64,000 nucleotides of DNA from an uncultured bacterium (GTDB lineage Bacteria; Patescibacteriota; Microgenomatia; UBA1400; PJMF01): positions 10,388 through 74,387 of the forward strand of contig CAUUGB010000001.1 of assembly GCA_963544615.1 (NCBI GenBank). Direction: 5' to 3'. The first letter of the stretch is position 1. Every line of letters starts with the position of its first letter. Both the position numbers and the translations under genes were made by a program. Below are positions 27,401 through 36,253 of this stretch, in pieces. The notes beneath the pieces are model-generated. The model made no database searches. It worked only from the letters and a program-made list of their open reading frames with translations, and was not told the DNA's origin.

Positions 27401-30026
27401 TCCTCAGGGGACACTCGATCCAGATTGTGATCCTTTACTTCCATCACCAGGCCCTGAGTCTTGTGGTCCAAGTAATTGCAAAACACCTGGTGCTTGCTCT
27501 TGTAAAGTAAAACCTGGTTATAACTTAACTGAGTATCCTTATGGTGATGATTATGGTAATCATCCTCAGTGTCGTATTTGCATTTACAAATCCAAACCAA
27601 CTGGTTGTGGTGATGGTATTTGCAGTGGTTTGGAAACTTGTGAAAATTGTTCCCAAGATTGTGGTAAGTGTCCGCAGATGAGTGAGTGTCCCGATGGTTA
27701 TAGTAAGCTGTGCACTGGGGAGGGGTATCCTGTTACTGGTCTTGGAGATTGTAAACGCTGCTATGACCCTAATCACCTTGAGCAGCCTCAACATGGTTGT
27801 CAGGACGATGGTTATTGTAATCCTCTCTGCGAAGAAAAAGATGCGGATTGTGAGCCCGAGACAGCTAAGTATTTAACTAATGACAATGGTTGTCCTTACG
27901 GTTATGGCAAAACAAAAGAGTGTGGTTATGGTGAACGTCATCCTCTTTTAAGTGGCTGCTATGCTTGTGGTTGCGAGAGGCGTAAAAAGAACTTTATAGA
28001 AACCAAAATTGATAATCCACAGCTTTGTGATAAAGATGACAATCATGAGGAGGATAACTGTGACATTCATATGAAAGAATTTAGTTGCAGTCCATATGAC
28101 AATCAAAATAATTCTGGTTTACATTGGAAAGTGGTTACCTTAGCGCAGCAGCAGCAAATTTATCGCGATTCCCTCTGTTATGGCTATCAATTTTTTACCA
28201 CTAAAGAAGATAGCAGTGTGGTTACAGTAGGTGTTGATGTCTCTTACTATGATTATCAACAACGTGACGCTTGGATGCTTGATAGTGACGGTAAAGGTTT
28301 TATTTATTCTGACGCTAAAGGTGGTTATCGGCGCTGTCGCCCCGTGCGTATGCCTTATCGCGGTGGTAGCCTTAGCAGTGGCAAAGCTGGTCTGTGCGAA
28401 TATCGCTGTATTCCCGCCATGCATCAAGCCATTGTTTTAAGCTGTAGCGAAATTGATGCTCGTTATCCTCATGAGTACCGGGGTAATCCCAGTGATGAGA
28501 TGGTTTTTATTCCCGATGTTGCCCGCTCGGCTGGTAATAAAGAAGTTTACCTTGGTGGCACTAGTGAGGGCTTGAGTGTGGTGCCGCGTAGTAATGACGC
28601 ACGCTGTGGTCGCTATTATCGCGTCTACCCCAAACATATCGATAAGTCTGAGACTAATGATATTAACGGTGATGGCAAGGTTGACTGGCAAGATGGTAAC
28701 GCTGCCGCCTCTTATTTATTTACTGATTGGTGGCAAGTGGGTGGTAATGCTTACGGTAACGCTGGTGTGAGCAATTACGGCGAAAAAACGGCTTTTGTGG
28801 CAGAGCCGGCAGAAGTAAAAAATCTCAATCCCGCTACTGCCAAACTAGTAGGGAAAATGAAATCTTATCAGTATGCACTAAATGATGGGAGCTGTATTAC
28901 CAGTGGTGGGGAAATTAAGACCGGTGATTGGCAGCCGCCAACTGCTTATAAGCCTTCATCAGGCGCTGGTTTGCAGGTAACAGGTAGTGGCAATCCCACC
29001 ACCCTCATTAATAAACGCACTTATCGTCCATCTAATCAAACTGGCTTGGCGGCTAAAGGTGGTTACCAGTTTAGCTATCAAAAGCAGCGTGCTTTAGACT
29101 TTGAGTATTACCGTACTCTACTTGATTATGAAAAAATACCTAAGAATGGTAGTAGTAGAGTTCAAGTGAAATTAGCCGATGGTAATATAGAGGAAACTTT
29201 TGTCTACCGTTTTTTTGGCAGAAATGTTAAATTCAATGATGATATTAAGCCCATTGTAGATAGTATTGGTGTAGATAAAAAAGTAGTTATCTTTGTAGAA
29301 AGTCAGGGTGCTGAAACAAGTAATGTCGGCGGTAACTTTATTCTCGATGCTAATATGGCAAGTTATGATCCCAATGGTTATTTAGCAGTGATTGCTCAAA
29401 AAGACTTTATTATTGAGCCTCAAGTTGGTTATCATTTAAATACCCAAAATGGCCAAGGTTGTGGTATTAATACTGTCACATTATGCACTCCCTCATTTAA
29501 TGGGGTAGTTATTGCGCGAGGTTTAGTGATGAAGCGCGAGGGTGACGGCAGCGATCCCAGCAGTAACCCTACGTTGGTGGATGGTCTTTTTAATCCCCAG
29601 CTTACTTGTGATAAACGCTTAGTGCTTAAAGGCGCTTATGCTTTTTGGGGCAAGCAACCGGTGGTCTTTACCCGGACTCTTTTGGGCTGTGGTTTGAAAA
29701 AAGGTCCTTTCTCCAATGACAAGGCGAGCTTAAATGTTCACAATGCTCGAGGTAATGCTCATGGAGATGACTTTGAGGGCAGGCGACCAGATGTAAAGCT
29801 TAATAACAAGAATGCCTATGATGATTATTGTCGCACTGGCACAGTTAGGCGCAATGGTAATGGCTACTATAACTATCACTTGAATTGGCCAGATAGTCAG
29901 GGTGGGATGTACAATAACTACAATCGCTTGATTTCTGCTACTCAGTTGGTGGTTAATCAACAGTTAATTAATTTAACTCCTGCTTGGATGAGACAAAACC
30001 TCACCACTCGTTTGGAGGTGCGCTAA
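24480..30026 (+). CDS. Giant secreted cysteine-rich protein (about 1850 aa), a putative surface/adhesion protein.
   Basis: Signal peptide MPKNKFFFTVLLTLTLILGGMVLTVKA. Alternative starts are GTG 24456 and ATG 24462. The N-terminal roughly 1150 aa are extremely Cys-rich with CGDGIC...E.C..C..DCG-type modules and Gly/Asp/Tyr-rich spacers. A dockerin/EF-hand-like loop DINGDGKVDWQD is present. The C-terminal roughly 650 aa are Cys-poor and Gly/Asn/Tyr-rich. Confidence 0.7.
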   Translation: MPKNKFFFTVLLTLTLILGGMVLTVKAQPTPTPTDKTPLQIISSEQFLRRLEENLPKDTKPVYVFSGAYQRLFYRPANKNWSGNLLTIPTDVPAPYKGGQDVRSGVILPLIQNLIDNIDPATDIGANTNVSLPASVTIPIIKGLKNVCDQQCDDSRYNSNFQLCFLPRCTGGGKDEPPKKCTCASNLRWKKATDVCYNQTMPGGTDGLCVFKDEELKERCREYECSVTEECPTDENGNKIVGDDCDLMPYNKNFSSESFNENNAFMNKYRSYSWIKDAYENCYTDNFVPSNYQPTWCDDSVSVSDPPENGATDPPENSDDYKKDFACNNDDRRMMCVHDNKAMPALTKATVDCLAALKTMFYDIGSLGDLYKAILDIMNEMLDELENYILPPVVIGGGYKWSKTPEETNIIDEPGFCLNKNVSTCSCGHILPFNGSTITNLGLRRKLLSYGVADANKYCVNTEGDPACTYSYSWDTEEVEDKPVSRNTKVGMRNIYASRASYPGWVTHKGGYVHGATCAKRPKGSSIGGSESGSKTRTFEVTDKEFFFLQARYFADKIARGESDELSYGGCDDRSNILYNHATAAHCQRKGKRGIKCRSGSRRRFSSYACDINGGVINQCKNGRVDGGRNTICQVCGPIYCGEHGLYSDTNTVRKNFKLGNSPTRHYKFYRYYHPQGSTKYGGGDEGGGGTIDGSEIFYSYSSQICLGERCNSSYNDAVFTPRDLPANSGQVFDDRTCPEGEIVDPCKQRAIANNWGGHRLCYESCCVSSDGSKCDRFPHDCPPGECCEDDDNSCRQPADNYHYGGDLCSIGDDTSKTVSGVAIPAADAEKYANYQCNVAGTYDTHYPKSVAESYTFPLKEKSACYFCGCAPIEGNSGKSGWWPRNAKIKHGDQCLTPEQKCAAEFNQVKNNKLEIGYDGLAQAMDRSDVDSPVTLLKGITGMTNLRCVRCRCVAGDGICDGYSGDPNGVCKNYPQGTLDPDCDPLLPSPGPESCGPSNCKTPGACSCKVKPGYNLTEYPYGDDYGNHPQCRICIYKSKPTGCGDGICSGLETCENCSQDCGKCPQMSECPDGYSKLCTGEGYPVTGLGDCKRCYDPNHLEQPQHGCQDDGYCNPLCEEKDADCEPETAKYLTNDNGCPYGYGKTKECGYGERHPLLSGCYACGCERRKKNFIETKIDNPQLCDKDDNHEEDNCDIHMKEFSCSPYDNQNNSGLHWKVVTLAQQQQIYRDSLCYGYQFFTTKEDSSVVTVGVDVSYYDYQQRDAWMLDSDGKGFIYSDAKGGYRRCRPVRMPYRGGSLSSGKAGLCEYRCIPAMHQAIVLSCSEIDARYPHEYRGNPSDEMVFIPDVARSAGNKEVYLGGTSEGLSVVPRSNDARCGRYYRVYPKHIDKSETNDINGDGKVDWQDGNAAASYLFTDWWQVGGNAYGNAGVSNYGEKTAFVAEPAEVKNLNPATAKLVGKMKSYQYALNDGSCITSGGEIKTGDWQPPTAYKPSSGAGLQVTGSGNPTTLINKRTYRPSNQTGLAAKGGYQFSYQKQRALDFEYYRTLLDYEKIPKNGSSRVQVKLADGNIEETFVYRFFGRNVKFNDDIKPIVDSIGVDKKVVIFVESQGAETSNVGGNFILDANMASYDPNGYLAVIAQKDFIIEPQVGYHLNTQNGQGCGINTVTLCTPSFNGVVIARGLVMKREGDGSDPSSNPTLVDGLFNPQLTCDKRLVLKGAYAFWGKQPVVFTRTLLGCGLKKGPFSNDKASLNVHNARGNAHGDDFEGRRPDVKLNNKNAYDDYCRTGTVRRNGNGYYNYHLNWPDSQGGMYNNYNRLISATQLVVNQQLINLTPAWMRQNLTTRLEVR

Positions 30027-30044
30027 ATTAAATTACCACTCATC

Positions 30045-31754
30045 TTGAGGCTTATGTCTATTAATGGTCGCTATCAGCAATTTTATTCGCCAAAGATGAA
30101 GCGCCTGGTCTTTCCTCAAGGCAATCTTTATGATTTATTGCAGCAAGCTAATCAGGGGAAAGAGAATGAGTATGCACTTGATTATTTTGGTCAGCGCCTA
30201 ACATATGGTTGGCTTTTTAGTGAAATTGAGCGCTGCACTAGTGCACTTTTAGCACTGGGAATTAAGCAAGGTGAGGTAGTGACTGTTTGCTCACTTTTAA
30301 CGCCGGAAACCCTGGCAGTTTTTTATGCGCTCAATCGCTTAGGTGCAATTAGCGATTGGCTCGATCCGCGCTCTAGCGAGCCAAAAATTATTAAAACCCT
30401 CAAACAAACTAAAAGTAAATTATTAATTATCCTCTCACCATTGGCAAAAGTTTTTGCTAAGGCTTTGTCTAAAAGCAGTTGTCGAGTGGTAATTTTATTA
30501 AATCCTCTCACTCAAGCTGGTCTGCCAAGCAAAGTTTTGGGTACCCTTAAAGGTTTATTTACTCCAGCACCAGCTTTTCCCTCCAAAATTCGCTTACTCA
30601 CTTATAAGCAATTGCTTTTATTAGCCCATAAGCAGCCTGCCCCCAATATTCGTCCACGCCTTCATCAGGGGGCGGCTATTGTACATACTGGTGGCACCAC
30701 TGGGCAGCCTAAAGCAGTTTTGCTCACTAATGAGAGTATTAATGCCGAGGTTACCCAAGTGGCTAATTTTCATTTGCGGTTTAAGCGCCAAGAGCGCTGG
30801 CTCTCTTATTTACCGCCTTTTGTGGTGGTTGGTTTAGTAAATGTGATTCACTTACCCTTAATCTTAGGGATGGAGCTTTGTTTAGTGCCCAACTTTCTTA
30901 CCATGACTTTAGCTCAACAGCTTAAAACTTATCGGCCACATCATATTCCCTGCATTTCGCTGCATTGGCGCGAAATTATCAGCGGTAAAAAGTTGCAAAA
31001 TTTTTCTCTTGATTTTGTTAAAAGTATTATTGTAGGAGGGGACGTTTTTTACCGGGGTATGGAAGAGCGCCTGATTGATTTTTTGCGCGCCCATAATTGC
31101 CATATTGCCCCCACCAAATGTTATGGCTCGAGTGAAAGCTCTTCAGTGGCAGTCGCCGGCTGTAATCATCAACCTTATAATAAATTAGGTAGTGTAGGTA
31201 TTCCTTTACCAGGTAATCAGGTTGCCATTTATGAGGTAGAGAAAAAGCAACTGACTGGTCGAGCTGGAGTGATTGGGGAAATTTGTTTAGCCGGACCGGT
31301 TTTAATGAAAGGCTATTATGCCGATGAAACCGCTAGTAAAAAAAGTCTGCGCACTCATGCGGGTAAGCTGTGGTTGCATACCGGAGACTTAGGTTATTTA
31401 GATGATGATGGAGTATTATTTTTAGCGGGACGCAGTAAGCGGATGATTATTAGACGGGGCTTTAAAATTTATTCTTTAATGATTGAACAATTACTTAATC
31501 AGCAAGAGGAGGTTAAAATTGCTGTGGTGGTCGGTAAACCAGATAAAGCTGATGATGAAGTGCCTTGTGCCCATTTAGTACTGCAAGAAGATTACAGTCA
31601 CCGCCCGGCTGAGGTGGAAAAGAAGCTACGCTTGCTTTGCCAACAGCATTTAAGTGATTATCAAGTGCCGGTGCAATGGTATTTTCACCAGTCTTTACCA
31701 CTAACTGCCAATGGTAAAATAGATTATCGTTTTTTAGAAAACTATCATGAATAA
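30045..31754 (+). CDS. Adenylate-forming enzyme (AMP-dependent synthetase/ligase, acyl-CoA/acyl-AMP ligase family).
   Basis: AMP-binding motif I HTGGTTGQPKAV. Core motifs YGSSESS and HTGDLGYLDDDGVLFLAGRSKRMI. No carrier-protein gene is adjacent. Confidence 0.8.
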   Translation: MRLMSINGRYQQFYSPKMKRLVFPQGNLYDLLQQANQGKENEYALDYFGQRLTYGWLFSEIERCTSALLALGIKQGEVVTVCSLLTPETLAVFYALNRLGAISDWLDPRSSEPKIIKTLKQTKSKLLIILSPLAKVFAKALSKSSCRVVILLNPLTQAGLPSKVLGTLKGLFTPAPAFPSKIRLLTYKQLLLLAHKQPAPNIRPRLHQGAAIVHTGGTTGQPKAVLLTNESINAEVTQVANFHLRFKRQERWLSYLPPFVVVGLVNVIHLPLILGMELCLVPNFLTMTLAQQLKTYRPHHIPCISLHWREIISGKKLQNFSLDFVKSIIVGGDVFYRGMEERLIDFLRAHNCHIAPTKCYGSSESSSVAVAGCNHQPYNKLGSVGIPLPGNQVAIYEVEKKQLTGRAGVIGEICLAGPVLMKGYYADETASKKSLRTHAGKLWLHTGDLGYLDDDGVLFLAGRSKRMIIRRGFKIYSLMIEQLLNQQEEVKIAVVVGKPDKADDEVPCAHLVLQEDYSHRPAEVEKKLRLLCQQHLSDYQVPVQWYFHQSLPLTANGKIDYRFLENYHE

Positions 31755-32982
31755 ACAGTCTCCTACCCCCACTACCACTCAGTCTGCAGGTTTATTGGCA
31801 ATCATGCAAGCTTACAGTTGGAGTGTTTACTTTTTTTGCCTGCTACTTTTAGCGGTGGTTTTTAGTAAAACTTTTTTGGGGGAATATCCTTTTGATGTTA
31901 GTGAAGTTTTAATTGCCATGCACGAATTTAGCGGGGGGTTGCTCAGCAATGGGATAGTTGCTGGGTTTTTGTTTTTAGTTTCTTTAGTACCGATAGCGAT
32001 TATGGCTGCCTTAATTCACTCTCAAGGCAAAAAAATTACCGCTGTCAAGCTTACTTCTGCCAACTGGCGAGTACGGCTTTTTTTAGCGCTCTTGTTAGGG
32101 GGTACTTTTTTACTTCATTTACTGCCCACTTTTTCTTGCGCTAATCCTATGTGTGATTATTTACCGGTGGTGGCCAGTTTTCCTGGTTTGCCTTTGGGGG
32201 TGGCTTTAGCCACCACTGTCGATGGTTGGGCTAGCGCTCAGGGTGGGGTGTGGGCACAGCTAGATTATCGCTTTTTAACTATTCTCCCGAATGCTTTGTT
32301 TTTGTTGGTTCTCTCTTTTTATTTTCTCACTCCTAAAGCCCAGTTGCCGCGCTTAATTCGCTCACGTTTGCTGCTTTGTTTGGGTTTGCTGATACTAGTT
32401 TTAGGTTTGCTGGTTTTTTATCTTTATTACTTGTCGCAAATAGTTTTTACTTTAAGTGATAATGATTTAGCCGATTTATTAAATCAGCACGCTCCAGCGC
32501 AAGTGGTAGAAGATTTTCATTTTCAAATTGGTGATGTCCTCATTCATCGTCCCAAAGAAATTGGTCAAGATTTAGTGACTAAATTAAGTGGTACCAATTT
32601 ATCGCATACCGATACTTATTGCGGTGAGAATGAGTTAATCAATGGCAATGGTGATAATTTTTTTCAAACTGGAGGAATTAATATTGATAAGCTTGAGTGG
32701 CAACAGCGTTATGTGCGTGGTTCATTGCCACTGACGGTAGTTTTACGCCATCCCGATCCGCAGGTAGGAGCACAGTTGTGTGCCAAGCTGCGTCGTGCGG
32801 TTAGTGATCCCAAAATTACTTTTGGGGTAGATTTGCTTAATAAGCGGCAAACTTTTAACTGTTCTAATATGGTGTATTATTATTTATATCCCCAAGCGCC
32901 CAATTTTAATTTAGTCACTCCCGATTTACTGTTTGTCACCATGCTCCAGCATGACTGGCGCTTAGTTAATTGGACTAACTAA
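31747..32982 (+). CDS. Polytopic membrane protein fused to a C-terminal permuted papain-fold (YaeF/YiiX, C92 / LRAT-like) domain.
   Basis: About six TM helices in the first 240 aa. The C-terminal domain carries GDVLIHRP, SHTDTYCG and FNCSNMVYYY. These match the Gly-Asp, His and Cys-Ser motifs in the order typical of YaeF/YiiX permuted NlpC/P60 proteins. It overlaps the adenylating-enzyme gene by 8 nt. Confidence 0.5.
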   Translation: MNKQSPTPTTTQSAGLLAIMQAYSWSVYFFCLLLLAVVFSKTFLGEYPFDVSEVLIAMHEFSGGLLSNGIVAGFLFLVSLVPIAIMAALIHSQGKKITAVKLTSANWRVRLFLALLLGGTFLLHLLPTFSCANPMCDYLPVVASFPGLPLGVALATTVDGWASAQGGVWAQLDYRFLTILPNALFLLVLSFYFLTPKAQLPRLIRSRLLLCLGLLILVLGLLVFYLYYLSQIVFTLSDNDLADLLNQHAPAQVVEDFHFQIGDVLIHRPKEIGQDLVTKLSGTNLSHTDTYCGENELINGNGDNFFQTGGINIDKLEWQQRYVRGSLPLTVVLRHPDPQVGAQLCAKLRRAVSDPKITFGVDLLNKRQTFNCSNMVYYYLYPQAPNFNLVTPDLLFVTMLQHDWRLVNWTN

Positions 32983-33018
32983 AATGATGATTATCAAATA
33001 GATATTAAGGAAAAATCA

Positions 33019-33906
33019 ATGAAAAAATCTGTATCATCACCGTCAACTAGTTCTGCCAGCGGTTCCTTGTTAGCGGGCAAAAAAAAAGTTAAAAAAGCAG
33101 CCAAAAAAAATCTTTCTAGTTCAACTACTAACACTGACAGCAAAAAAAATCTGCCCCCCAAAAAAAGTGGTCAGCTGTTTTTTTTAGTTTTAGCTTTAGC
33201 ACTTTTGTTTGCAGTGGCTTGGCGGTTGAAAGGGGGGCTAAATTTAACCAAACCCAGTCAACCCAGCACTCCCTCTGCCGATGAGATAGAAAGCTATGAT
33301 ATTTATGAGGTGGAGGCAGAAATCCTTGAGCAAGAGGCCACCCTTTACAATGATTATTTTGCCTTTAGCTACACACTGCCACCTAGTTACGCTGTTTATG
33401 AATGGTGGGAGCATAATTTAGCTAAAGAGCCGGGTGAAACTGGGCGCTTATCTCAGTTTGAGTTTACCAATGAGGATGGTGAGAGAGATAGTGAGAGTAG
33501 CCCCAATAGTGAGCAAAAATTTATTAGTTTTATTGCTTATGGTAATAAGCGCTACTCCCAGCTGGAGGATCATTTTGATGTCATAGTGGACGCAATTAAA
33601 ATTGCCGGCGCAGATAATCAGGAAACTTTTTTAGACCTTTACGAAAAGAATTTAATTTTTGGGCAAAAATTAGCCGAGGACTATTTGTTGGAGAAAAAAA
33701 CTCCCCTGCAGCTTGCTGGTAGAGATTGGGCGCAGCGCCTTTACCAGAGCGTGGGTGATGAGCGACCAATTTATTTGCTCCGTCTTGCCACACCACTTAA
33801 AAATGGTTATTTTTTGGTGATGCAATCTACTTATTGGGCCAACAATCCTCAGGCTTATGAGCAAGTATTAGCTCATTTTGCTCAAAGCATTAAGTTTAGT
33901 GAGTAA
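33019..33906 (+). CDS. Membrane-anchored hypothetical protein with a Lys/Ser-rich cytoplasmic N-terminus.
   Basis: Basic low-complexity N-terminus, one TM helix (LFFLVLALALLFAVAW), then an acidic soluble domain. It precedes the pilin cluster. Confidence 0.45.
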   Translation: MKKSVSSPSTSSASGSLLAGKKKVKKAAKKNLSSSTTNTDSKKNLPPKKSGQLFFLVLALALLFAVAWRLKGGLNLTKPSQPSTPSADEIESYDIYEVEAEILEQEATLYNDYFAFSYTLPPSYAVYEWWEHNLAKEPGETGRLSQFEFTNEDGERDSESSPNSEQKFISFIAYGNKRYSQLEDHFDVIVDAIKIAGADNQETFLDLYEKNLIFGQKLAEDYLLEKKTPLQLAGRDWAQRLYQSVGDERPIYLLRLATPLKNGYFLVMQSTYWANNPQAYEQVLAHFAQSIKFSE

Positions 33907-33952
33907 TTTGACTCCAGTAGTGTCAACAAGCTGTGGTAGAGGGGGAAAAAAT

Positions 33953-33981
33953 TTGACAAAGGGGTGAATTTTTTCTAAAAT
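33953..33981 (+). promoter_or_regulatory. Consensus-like sigma-70 promoter of the major pilin gene
   Basis: -35 TTGACA, 17-nt spacer, -10 TAAAAT. Confidence 0.6.
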
Positions 33982-34024
33982 TAATTAACTACAAATATCG
34001 GCAAAGTTATAAAAACAGAAAGGC

Positions 34025-34609
34025 ATGATTATGCTTAAAAGAAGCGCTGCATTTACACTAATTGAATTAATGGTGGTAGTGGCTATTATTGCTATTTTAT
34101 CTACTATGGGGGTAGCAAATTTTTCCACCGCCATTAAGCGCTCGCGTAATGCGGTGCGGCAGAATGATGTCTTGGCGGTAAGTAAAGGTTTGGAAGCTTG
34201 TTATGATGTAATGAGTGCGAGGTATTTAAATCCAGCAGGTGGTGCAGCCACTGATTGCCATAAACCATATGAAAGCACTATGACCGGCGGTGCTAATGGA
34301 GTGTTTAAAGCAGATAGTAAAGGTGATCAGTCTTGTCAAAATCGTTGTCTCAATCAGGATATAAAGCCCAATATGAATAATCATAATTATACGGCATTAG
34401 TAGGATTGGTTGATAGTGCAGAAAAGTTTGTTATTTGTGCCAAGTTAGAAAACGTTGGCAATGTGGAAAGCATTGGTAACTCTAAAACAGATTTAGCAGC
34501 ATTGCCTAATATTGAGACGGCAATCGAAACATTGTCAAATTCTACTAATAAGTGTGATGCTGGTGGCGGTACCGGTGGGTGCTTTTTCTGCGTTACTTCT
34601 TCACAATAA
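34025..34609 (+). CDS. Type IV pilin (prepilin-type N-terminal cleavage/methylation domain), a candidate major pilin.
   Basis: KRSAA|FTLIELMVVVAIIAIL class III signal with Glu at +5. The C-terminal region has Cys pairs. A strong promoter lies upstream and a strong terminator follows. Confidence 0.8.
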   Translation: MIMLKRSAAFTLIELMVVVAIIAILSTMGVANFSTAIKRSRNAVRQNDVLAVSKGLEACYDVMSARYLNPAGGAATDCHKPYESTMTGGANGVFKADSKGDQSCQNRCLNQDIKPNMNNHNYTALVGLVDSAEKFVICAKLENVGNVESIGNSKTDLAALPNIETAIETLSNSTNKCDAGGGTGGCFFCVTSSQ

Positions 34610-34635
34610 ATTAAATAAATTTAGCTAAAGCATTG

Positions 34636-34661
34636 CCCCCTCGCTAGCGAGGGGGTTTTTC
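34636..34661 (+). terminator. Rho-independent terminator after the first pilin gene
   Basis: CCCCCTCGC-ta-GCGAGGGGG followed by T5. Confidence 0.8.
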
Positions 34662-34691
34662 TTGACATACACCTGGAAATAATGCTAAAAT
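34662..34691 (+). promoter_or_regulatory. Promoter of the second pilin gene (extended -10)
   Basis: -35 TTGACA, 18-nt spacer, TGc-TAAAAT extended -10. The ATG at 34698 lies only about 6 nt past the -10, so the transcript is nearly leaderless. Confidence 0.55.
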
Positions 34692-34697
34692 GCTTTC

Positions 34698-35231
34698 ATG
34701 AAACACAAGCAAGCCTTCAGTTTAATTGAATTAATGGTGGTTATTAGTATTATTGCGGTTTTGGCAGCCATGGGGGTGGCTAATTTTGCCACTGCAATTA
34801 AAAAATCTCGCGACTCGGTGCGCAAAAGTGAACTGGCTGAATTAACTCAAGCGCTGATGATGTTTCGGGCAGATTGGGGTTCGTATCCATATCGCTATGG
34901 TATGGATGCAGTAAGGCTGACATCAACAGCCATTTTAAATTACGAAGAGCCAGCCAGTAATCCTGTTAAAACACATGAACTAGTTCCTGATTATATCCGC
35001 TCCATGCCTACCGATGAAGCACGTGTTAGTGAGAGTGAGCAATATACTTATAAGTGCATCACGCCAAAAGAGGTCATCATTGATGGTGTAACTTATTGGC
35101 GCTGTGTTGATTTTAGCGTTTGCGCTTATTTAGAAGTGCCGCAGGTGAGTGGGGCAAATGCTAAAGATGGGATAGGTACTCCTTGTCTCAATCCCAACGA
35201 TTGCAAATGGTTTTGTATGTATAGTCCGTAA
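34698..35231 (+). CDS. Type IV pilin (prepilin-type)
   Basis: KQA|FSLIELMVVISIIAVLAAMG N-terminal domain with Glu at +5. C-terminal Cys residues are present. Confidence 0.8.
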   Translation: MKHKQAFSLIELMVVISIIAVLAAMGVANFATAIKKSRDSVRKSELAELTQALMMFRADWGSYPYRYGMDAVRLTSTAILNYEEPASNPVKTHELVPDYIRSMPTDEARVSESEQYTYKCITPKEVIIDGVTYWRCVDFSVCAYLEVPQVSGANAKDGIGTPCLNPNDCKWFCMYSP

Positions 35232-35236
35232 AGTTC

Positions 35237-36178
35237 ATGCCTCAGTCATTTTGCCGCTATCCTCGCTCTGCTTTCACCTTAATTGAGATTTTAATTGTGG
35301 CAGTGATTTTTAGTATTCTTTCACTGGCAGTGGGGCGGTTTTTAATTACTTTCTTAAATTTAAAACTTAGTGCCGAGACAATTCAGCGCATCCGCCAAGA
35401 AGGCAATTATGCCCTCGACCAAATTGATTATTTACTCCGCAGTGGCTTAACCATGCCCGATGTGTGTGTAGGCAGAATTCGCCCGGCTAATCCTCCCTCC
35501 GGCTTTGATTTGCATCACGATCTTCAAGCAGTCAAAGATAATCCTGATCCTAACAACATCATGCCTGCGCCATGTGTTGAGGAGCCAAAAGATCCTGATC
35601 CTCTTAGTGTCATAACCAAAGAACCTATTCACTGTGAACTTAATCCCACTCCTCAGCCCGGCTTCAGCTACTCATCTTATCACTCCAAAATTTATGACAC
35701 TTGCCAAGAAAAATGTCATGTTTATGATCAACTGCGCACCAACACTCAGGGGTTAGATCAGGTTTATTTTGTGCGCAATTTAGTGGCATTAGCAAATTGT
35801 GATGGCAGTGGTGGTAGTAGTGGATGCCGGCAGCCGTCCTCACCTGATGAGGTATCCAGTTTATATTTATTTCGCAGTTTGGCGGCTGACCGGCGTCATG
35901 ACGATTTTGACGACTTTGCCCGTAGTCCTCAGGTGCAAAGAATTCCCTTAACTAATTGGCGCACTGGAGTTGGGGGTGAACCCTTTTCAGTAAATAATTT
36001 GCGCTTTTATTGTTTTTTTGATTATTTTGCCAACAGCTATGTGGTACACACTTCTTTTGACATCACTTATCAGCGCCAATCTTTAAGTGGTCGGTTGCAA
36101 CAAGTTGGCACCAAGCGAATTAATGAGCGCTTTGAGCGCTTGAGTGTGGTGCGCAATCCTTACCCTTTTGAATACTAA
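35237..36178 (+). CDS. Prepilin-type minor pilin / pseudopilin (313 aa)
   Basis: RSA|FTLIEILIVAVIFSIL N-terminal methylation-domain motif. It has a large divergent C-terminal domain. Confidence 0.65.
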   Translation: MPQSFCRYPRSAFTLIEILIVAVIFSILSLAVGRFLITFLNLKLSAETIQRIRQEGNYALDQIDYLLRSGLTMPDVCVGRIRPANPPSGFDLHHDLQAVKDNPDPNNIMPAPCVEEPKDPDPLSVITKEPIHCELNPTPQPGFSYSSYHSKIYDTCQEKCHVYDQLRTNTQGLDQVYFVRNLVALANCDGSGGSSGCRQPSSPDEVSSLYLFRSLAADRRHDDFDDFARSPQVQRIPLTNWRTGVGGEPFSVNNLRFYCFFDYFANSYVVHTSFDITYQRQSLSGRLQQVGTKRINERFERLSVVRNPYPFEY

Positions 36179-36253
36179 AGTTGGGGTTATTATTAACCAT
36201 TAAACTCCAGCTAAACTAACAGCTGGTAAATCTTTGTTAACAATTAATATTGT

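Noticed and set aside
25759-29960. More than a dozen 60-126-aa ORFs on both strands inside the giant Cys-rich protein gene
   Set aside because: All are nested in a single uninterrupted 5.5-kb reading frame. Their hydrophobic low-complexity sequences are artefacts of the TGT/TGC/GGT-rich codon content.
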